Shown here: one piece after another, positions 59,055 to 64,000 of the stretch
Layout: every line of letters begins with the position of its first letter
Numbering within the stretch: position 1 is the stretch's first letter
From: an uncultured Gammaproteobacteria bacterium
GTDB lineage: Bacteria; Pseudomonadota; Gammaproteobacteria; GCA-001735895
Length of the DNA stretch: 64,000 nucleotides
Direction: 5' to 3'
Assembly: GCA_963835795.1 (NCBI GenBank)
Contig: CAWIHJ010000092.1
Coordinates: forward strand, 11,364 to 75,363
Made by a program: the position numbers and the translations under genes
Notes under the pieces: model-generated
What the model was told of the DNA's origin: nothing
Databases searched by the model: none
The model's input: the letters and a program-made list of their open reading frames with translations, nothing else

Positions 59055-60359
59055 ATGGACAATTCGGCAACCCTCGAAGGGGTCGAGCATAAACCCGCAC
59101 CCACGCTCGGCGAGGCGTTCATCGTCTGGCTGCGCATCGGGGTTTTATCCTTTGGCGGCCCGGCCGCACAAATCGCGCTAATGCATCGTGAAATCGTCGA
59201 TGGCAAGCGCTGGCTCAGCGAGCAACAGTACCTGAATGCGCTGAGCTTCTGCATGTTGTTGCCGGGTCCGGAGGCCATGCAACTGGCGACCTACGCCGGT
59301 TGGCGTCTGCACGGCACGCTCGGCGGCCTGATTGCCGGCCTGCTGTTCGTGATACCCGGCGCGCTGGTGATCCTGGCGTTGGCGTCGATTTACGTGTTGT
59401 ACGGTAATCTGCCCCTGGTTAACGCCATGTTTCTCGGGGTCAAGGCGGCAGTCATCATCATCGTCATCGAGGCCCTGCTACGCGTCGCGCGCAAGGCCCT
59501 TAAACTGCCCGAGCACTGGATGATCGCGGCGCTCGCCTTCGTCGGTATTTTTTTCCTGGCCTTACCGTTTCCGCTGATCATCGGTCTTGCGGCGCTGTTC
59601 GGCTTTCTGCGAGCGCAGCGTGAACTGGCGGAGCAGCCGCGGGTCGAGGTCAAAGTGTCGCCGCTCGGCAGCTTGCTGACCACCCTGACCTGGGTGCTGA
59701 TCTGGGCGCTGCCGATGCTGGCGCTGGCGGTCCTCGACCAACAGGGTTTGCTGTTCGACATCGGTGTGTTCTTTTCCAAGCTGGCGGTGGTGACTTTCGG
59801 TGGCGCTTACGCGGTACTCGCCTATCTCGGCCAGGACGTGGTGATCCAGTTCGGCTGGCTGAGTGCCGGAGAAATGATGGATGGCCTGGGGCTTGCTGAA
59901 ACCACGCCCGGTCCGTTAATCCTGGTGAACGAATTTGTCGGGTTTATCGCGGCGTATCGCGAGGGCGGTTTTGGCTACGGGTTGATGGGTGCGCTGGTGA
60001 CGCTTTGGGTGACCTTTACACCCTGTTTTCTGTGGATATTTGTCGGCGCACCCTACATCGACTGGATCGGTTCGCAAGTGCGCCTGCGATCCGCGCTGAC
60101 GGCTATTACGGCGGCCGTGGTCGGTGTCATCCTGAACCTGTCGATCTGGTTTGCCCTGCACGTCTTCTTCACCGAGGTGTCGATGCAAAAAGTCGGCCCA
60201 CTGGTGTTGTGGACACCGCAACTCGAGTCGCTGGATTGGCGCGTTATCCTGCTGTCGCTGGTCTGTGGCTGGTTGCTGTTACGCCTGCACTGGGGTATTT
60301 CACGCGTATTGTTGCTGGCCTCGGCCGGCGGCGTGTTGTTGTCGCTGCTGGCCGCGTAA
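59055..60359 (+). CDS. chrA: Chromate efflux transporter
   Basis: SFGGPAAQI, LPGPEAMQLATY, TFGGAYAVL, AETTPGPL. Confidence 0.95.
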   Translation: MDNSATLEGVEHKPAPTLGEAFIVWLRIGVLSFGGPAAQIALMHREIVDGKRWLSEQQYLNALSFCMLLPGPEAMQLATYAGWRLHGTLGGLIAGLLFVIPGALVILALASIYVLYGNLPLVNAMFLGVKAAVIIIVIEALLRVARKALKLPEHWMIAALAFVGIFFLALPFPLIIGLAALFGFLRAQRELAEQPRVEVKVSPLGSLLTTLTWVLIWALPMLALAVLDQQGLLFDIGVFFSKLAVVTFGGAYAVLAYLGQDVVIQFGWLSAGEMMDGLGLAETTPGPLILVNEFVGFIAAYREGGFGYGLMGALVTLWVTFTPCFLWIFVGAPYIDWIGSQVRLRSALTAITAAVVGVILNLSIWFALHVFFTEVSMQKVGPLVLWTPQLESLDWRVILLSLVCGWLLLRLHWGISRVLLLASAGGVLLSLLAA

Positions 60360-60400
60360 ACGATTGTCTGTCTGTCTGGCCGGGCGATCGGCTTTTGTCG

Positions 60401-60922
60401 CTAGAATAAATCGAGCTTGATGCCAACGCCGATCGAACGCGAATCCACCTCGGTGTCGAACTCGACGTATTCCAGGTAGAAGTCGATGGTATCGAGGATA
60501 TCTAAAGCGATTCCGGCCGCAAAGAAGGCTTCACTGCCGTCGAAGTCGTCGTTGTTGACTTTGACATCCACCTGCGCCACACCGATTTTACCGTAGATCT
60601 CGATAAACGGGCCGATGGGAATTCCGCCGACGGCGGAGAGGCTGACGGCATCGGCGTCGACCTCGATCCCGCCGTCGCTGTACTCACCGAGATCGTGGGC
60701 GCCGAGTTCAACCGAGAACAGGAAAAAATTGGAATCGATCAGGTTATAGCCAACCAGGAAGGAAAGGCTTTGATCGGTTTCGTCGAGCGTCTCGTAGTTG
60801 GCTTCAGTGAGGTAAGCGCCGGCACCAAAATAAAGGCCATCGGCATTGGCATTTGTCTGCATGCCGAGCAACGACAAGGTAAAAATGGCGGCGATGACTT
60901 TAGGATAAGTGATCCGTCCCAT
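60401..60922 (-). CDS. Outer-membrane beta-barrel (OmpA-like transmembrane domain) protein
   Basis: Signal peptide, alternating beta-strand pattern, C-terminal Phe. Confidence 0.82.
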   Translation of the reverse strand: MGRITYPKVIAAIFTLSLLGMQTNANADGLYFGAGAYLTEANYETLDETDQSLSFLVGYNLIDSNFFLFSVELGAHDLGEYSDGGIEVDADAVSLSAVGGIPIGPFIEIYGKIGVAQVDVKVNNDDFDGSEAFFAAGIALDILDTIDFYLEYVEFDTEVDSRSIGVGIKLDLF

Positions 60923-61018
60923 AACTATTTCCTGATTGAGTGATATGTCGGGGGACGATACTCCATACGAATCTATATAGACAGGAATACCGGGTTTGAC
61001 AGGCCGTCCCGGGCCCGG

Positions 61019-61459
61019 TCAATTTGCCGTCACGTAAGTTAAAATCTGCACCACCTGTTCGGGGGTTTGCGCCCAGGCCATGGCGGCGGCGTCGACTTCC
61101 TTCAGCGGGTGCACGATGTCGGCGTCGTGCAGGGTGATATAGGGTTTACCGAGTGCCGCGCAGTAACCGGCGTCAAAGGCGGCATTCCATTGTTTGTATT
61201 TGTCGCCGAAGCGCACCACCGCGACATCACATTTATCGAGTAAGGTGCGCGTGCGGATGCTGTTGACCTGTGACGACTTGTGATCGCGCCAGTAGCCGCT
61301 CGATTCGGGTTCGAGCATGTCGCCGGCGCTGTCGCTGGCATCGTGATCGGTGATCGCCGAAGTAAACACAACCGGCAGGCCAAGTGCCTCGACGCCCTCG
61401 ATCAATTGTGCACGCCAATCGCTGTGGATTTCTCCAGATAAATATACGGTCCAGGTCAT
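61019..61459 (-). CDS. YtoQ family protein (nucleoside deoxyribosyltransferase-like fold)
   Basis: VYLSGEIHSDWR, RFGDKYKQWNAAFDAGY, HPLKEVDAAA. Confidence 0.88.
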   Translation of the reverse strand: MTWTVYLSGEIHSDWRAQLIEGVEALGLPVVFTSAITDHDASDSAGDMLEPESSGYWRDHKSSQVNSIRTRTLLDKCDVAVVRFGDKYKQWNAAFDAGYCAALGKPYITLHDADIVHPLKEVDAAAMAWAQTPEQVVQILTYVTAN

Positions 61460-61572
61460 GAATGACTCCTGCAGGGCTTGGATGACTGGGGTGGTCGATG
61501 CGAGATAAATCTCGTGGCGGACATTATTTAACAATTCGCTGAATAAAGACAATGTTAAGATTGCAGACGTTT

Positions 61573-64000
61573 ATGACCTGGTTGCTGGAATCTGTATTGT
61601 TTACCTGTCGAAAATTCGCCTTCGCTGTACTGCTGTTGACCAGCCTTGGTTCGGCGCCTTCGGTGGGCAATGCCCAATCCACCAATCAGCCGGGGGCAGG
61701 TGTCACCGATGAATTCCTGGAAAGCCGGATCGCGGAAATCGAAGCTTCCGCCGAAGTCGACGACAAGACTCGACCGGTGTTGCTGGACTTGTATCGGAAA
61801 TCCCTGAGCCTGATCCGTCAGCGCCAGTCGCACGAAGCCAAGACCCACCAGTTCACCGAGTTACGCGAGTCCGCGCCGCGCCAGGCGGGCGAGTTACGCC
61901 AGCGGTTCGAACTACTGCAGGCGAGCCAGGCGCCTCAGTTGCCGGCAGCCCTGCTAAGCCAACCGTTCCCACAACTCGAACAACATCAGCTAAGCGCCAA
62001 ATCAGAACTTTCGGTCCTGCGTTCCAGTCTGTTAGAAGTATCCGCCCTGCTCGAAGCGCAATCCTTGCGGGCGCAGCAGCTGCGCAAGCGACTGGAACAG
62101 GCGCGGCAGCGGCAGGCCGAAATTGCTGAAATCATCAAGCTGCCGGCTAGCGAGGAGCAGGGACAACAGGTCGCCGAGGCGCGCCTGTGGGCACTGCAAC
62201 TGGAAACGCGCAGCCTGGGTGCTGAAATCGAAATGTTGAACCAGGAATTGCTCAGCCAGCCGATGCGCGTGGAGCTGTACAAGGCGCAATACGACCTGGC
62301 GTCCCTGAAGTGGAACCGGCAACAGGAATACGCCGACCAGATTGGCGCAGTGGTGAGCGAGCGGCGCGTCAGCGACGCCGAAACGGCGCAGCAGGCCGCC
62401 GCGGAGAGCGAGCGCCAGACCTTTGGTAAACATCCGTTGGTGCAGGATCTGGCGCAGCAAAATACCCTGCTCGGCAACGAATTGAACCAACTGGCGGCCC
62501 AGGTGGAACGGATCCGTGCCGACGACAGCACCGTCAACGAACAGATCAAGCGCTTTTCCAGTAATTTTCGGCTGGCGCGGCAAAAACTCGAGATTGCCGG
62601 GCTCAGCCAGGCACTCGGACAGGCCTTGCTGCAGCAGCGCAACGTGCTGCCCCGGACCAGGGATTTCAATGCGGCGGAGAAACGTCGACAGCAGTTGGTC
62701 GTCGACTCCAGCTTGCGCCAGATTCGGCACCAGCAAGAGCGGTCGCGTCTCGCCGATATCGAAATCTACCTTGACTCGATGGTGGAAGGCCTGGCGCCCT
62801 CATGGCAAACCTGGATTCGCGAGGAATTATACGAGCTGGCCGCGCAGCGACGCGATTTGCTGGACCAGGCCATCGCCGCCGACGACAGCCTGCTACAGGC
62901 GCTCAGCGAGCTTGATTTTGCGCAGCGCGAGCTGTCCACGGTGGTCAGCGAATACAACCGTTTCATGGATGAGCGTTTGCTGTGGGTGCGCACCGGCGAA
63001 CCGCCTTCCTGGCAGACGCTGGCATCGATGGGGCAGGTGGTCGGTGTGTTTACGGACGGCGACAACTGGAAGGAACTGGGCAGGGCCCTGTTTGTTCCGC
63101 AGTCCTTCCCCTGGTTGCTGTTCGTCGGCCTGCTGCTGTTCGCGGTGTTGTTGCAACAGGCGCCGTCTGTGCGCGCTTCGTTACGGCGCAGTGGCCGCAA
63201 GGTAGGTCAGTTGCGGCACGATCGGATGATATTCAGCATTCGAGCATTGCTGCAGACGCTGGTGCTGGCGTTACCCTGGCCGGTGTTGTTTGTCACCCTC
63301 GGCTTGCATCTGCAGTTGACGCAGCCAAGCGTTGGCCTACAGATCGATACTCAGCTTTACGAGATAGCGGACTGGAGCGGTCAGTTTGTGCCGTCGATTG
63401 GCGCGGCATTTTTCGAAATTGCCCTGTATGCCTTTTACTTCCTGGCCTTACGCGTATTTTGCGAATCGCGCGGGCTCGCCATGGCGCATTTTAACTGGGA
63501 TATGTCGAGCACTCGTTTGCTGCGCCGCGAAACCCTGCGCCTGATGTCGGTGTTCCTGCCCGCCGTGTTTCTGGTGTCGGCCATCGTCAATTATCAGCCG
63601 GAGGCGCTGGCAGGCGGTTTCAGCCGCCTGTTACTGTGCATCATTCTCATTGCGGTGGCGTGGTTTTTCGGCCGTATCCTGTCGCCTGCTCACGGCGCCC
63701 TGAGCGACTATTACCGCAACAACCCGGGCAAGCTGCTGACCTTGATGCGCTATTTATGGCTGGCGATCGGCCTGTTGCTGCCAATCACCCTGGCGCTGCT
63801 GGCGACGGCCGGCTTTGTCTATACTGCCATTCAGCTGGGTGAGCGTGTGGTCGATACGCTGTGGCTGTTGGTGGCAATCATTCTGATTCATCAACTGGTG
63901 GTGCGCTGGATGGTGTTGCTGCAGCGCCAACTGGAATTCAAGGATGCGCTCGAACGCCATCGCGCGCAACGCGACACGCGTGATGGCAGTGACAGGGAAC
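61573..64000 (+). CDS. Large mechanosensitive channel MscK/KefA-like, 5' part (runs off window)
   Basis: Open frame from ATG 61573, checked at 62161 (LLSQPMRVEL) and 63901 (RWMVLLQRQL); signal peptide, long coiled-coil, then multiple TM segments. Confidence 0.85.
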   Translation, partial: MTWLLESVLFTCRKFAFAVLLLTSLGSAPSVGNAQSTNQPGAGVTDEFLESRIAEIEASAEVDDKTRPVLLDLYRKSLSLIRQRQSHEAKTHQFTELRESAPRQAGELRQRFELLQASQAPQLPAALLSQPFPQLEQHQLSAKSELSVLRSSLLEVSALLEAQSLRAQQLRKRLEQARQRQAEIAEIIKLPASEEQGQQVAEARLWALQLETRSLGAEIEMLNQELLSQPMRVELYKAQYDLASLKWNRQQEYADQIGAVVSERRVSDAETAQQAAAESERQTFGKHPLVQDLAQQNTLLGNELNQLAAQVERIRADDSTVNEQIKRFSSNFRLARQKLEIAGLSQALGQALLQQRNVLPRTRDFNAAEKRRQQLVVDSSLRQIRHQQERSRLADIEIYLDSMVEGLAPSWQTWIREELYELAAQRRDLLDQAIAADDSLLQALSELDFAQRELSTVVSEYNRFMDERLLWVRTGEPPSWQTLASMGQVVGVFTDGDNWKELGRALFVPQSFPWLLFVGLLLFAVLLQQAPSVRASLRRSGRKVGQLRHDRMIFSIRALLQTLVLALPWPVLFVTLGLHLQLTQPSVGLQIDTQLYEIADWSGQFVPSIGAAFFEIALYAFYFLALRVFCESRGLAMAHFNWDMSSTRLLRRETLRLMSVFLPAVFLVSAIVNYQPEALAGGFSRLLLCIILIAVAWFFGRILSPAHGALSDYYRNNPGKLLTLMRYLWLAIGLLLPITLALLATAGFVYTAIQLGERVVDTLWLLVAIILIHQLVVRWMVLLQRQLEFKDALERHRAQRDTRDGSDRE

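Noticed and set aside
1-64000. rRNA, tRNA, integrase, transposase, prophage or anti-phage defence genes
   Set aside because: None recognised on either strand by eye; a tRNAscan/DefenseFinder run would be needed to exclude divergent cases.

Overview
A 64-kb chromosomal segment, most likely from a free-living (probably marine or sediment) gammaproteobacterium, judged from the pcnB-folK-dgk order plus uup, gshA, mscK and pldA. Housekeeping genes are interleaved with catabolic and transport modules: (1) a PotA/D/B/C-type ABC transporter; (2) a sulfoacetate-utilisation-type cluster (TctCBA transporter and TauE exporter, divergent from SauS/SauT-like genes); (3) an aldo-keto reductase / split aconitase X / TauD-dioxygenase operon behind a ferredoxin-fused nucleotide cyclase; (4) a solitary ectC, divergent from an M20 amidohydrolase and an amidinotransferase-family gene; (5) chrB-chrA with a structured leader; (6) a secreted gingipain(C25)-like protein with Ser where the catalytic Cys is expected. 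I saw no rRNA, tRNA, CRISPR array or transposase. At least five small inverted-repeat elements are present: three with CTAG/TTAG-type ends at gene 3' ends, and two copies of a GGGGACAGTATAC...GTATACTGTCCCC hairpin cassette with different 32-33 nt spacers. An orphan terminator marks a candidate sRNA. About 19 genes are broken by small indels, probably long-read/assembly errors, so their coordinates were reconstructed by eye and are approximate. All family assignments come from motif recognition; no database searches were run.
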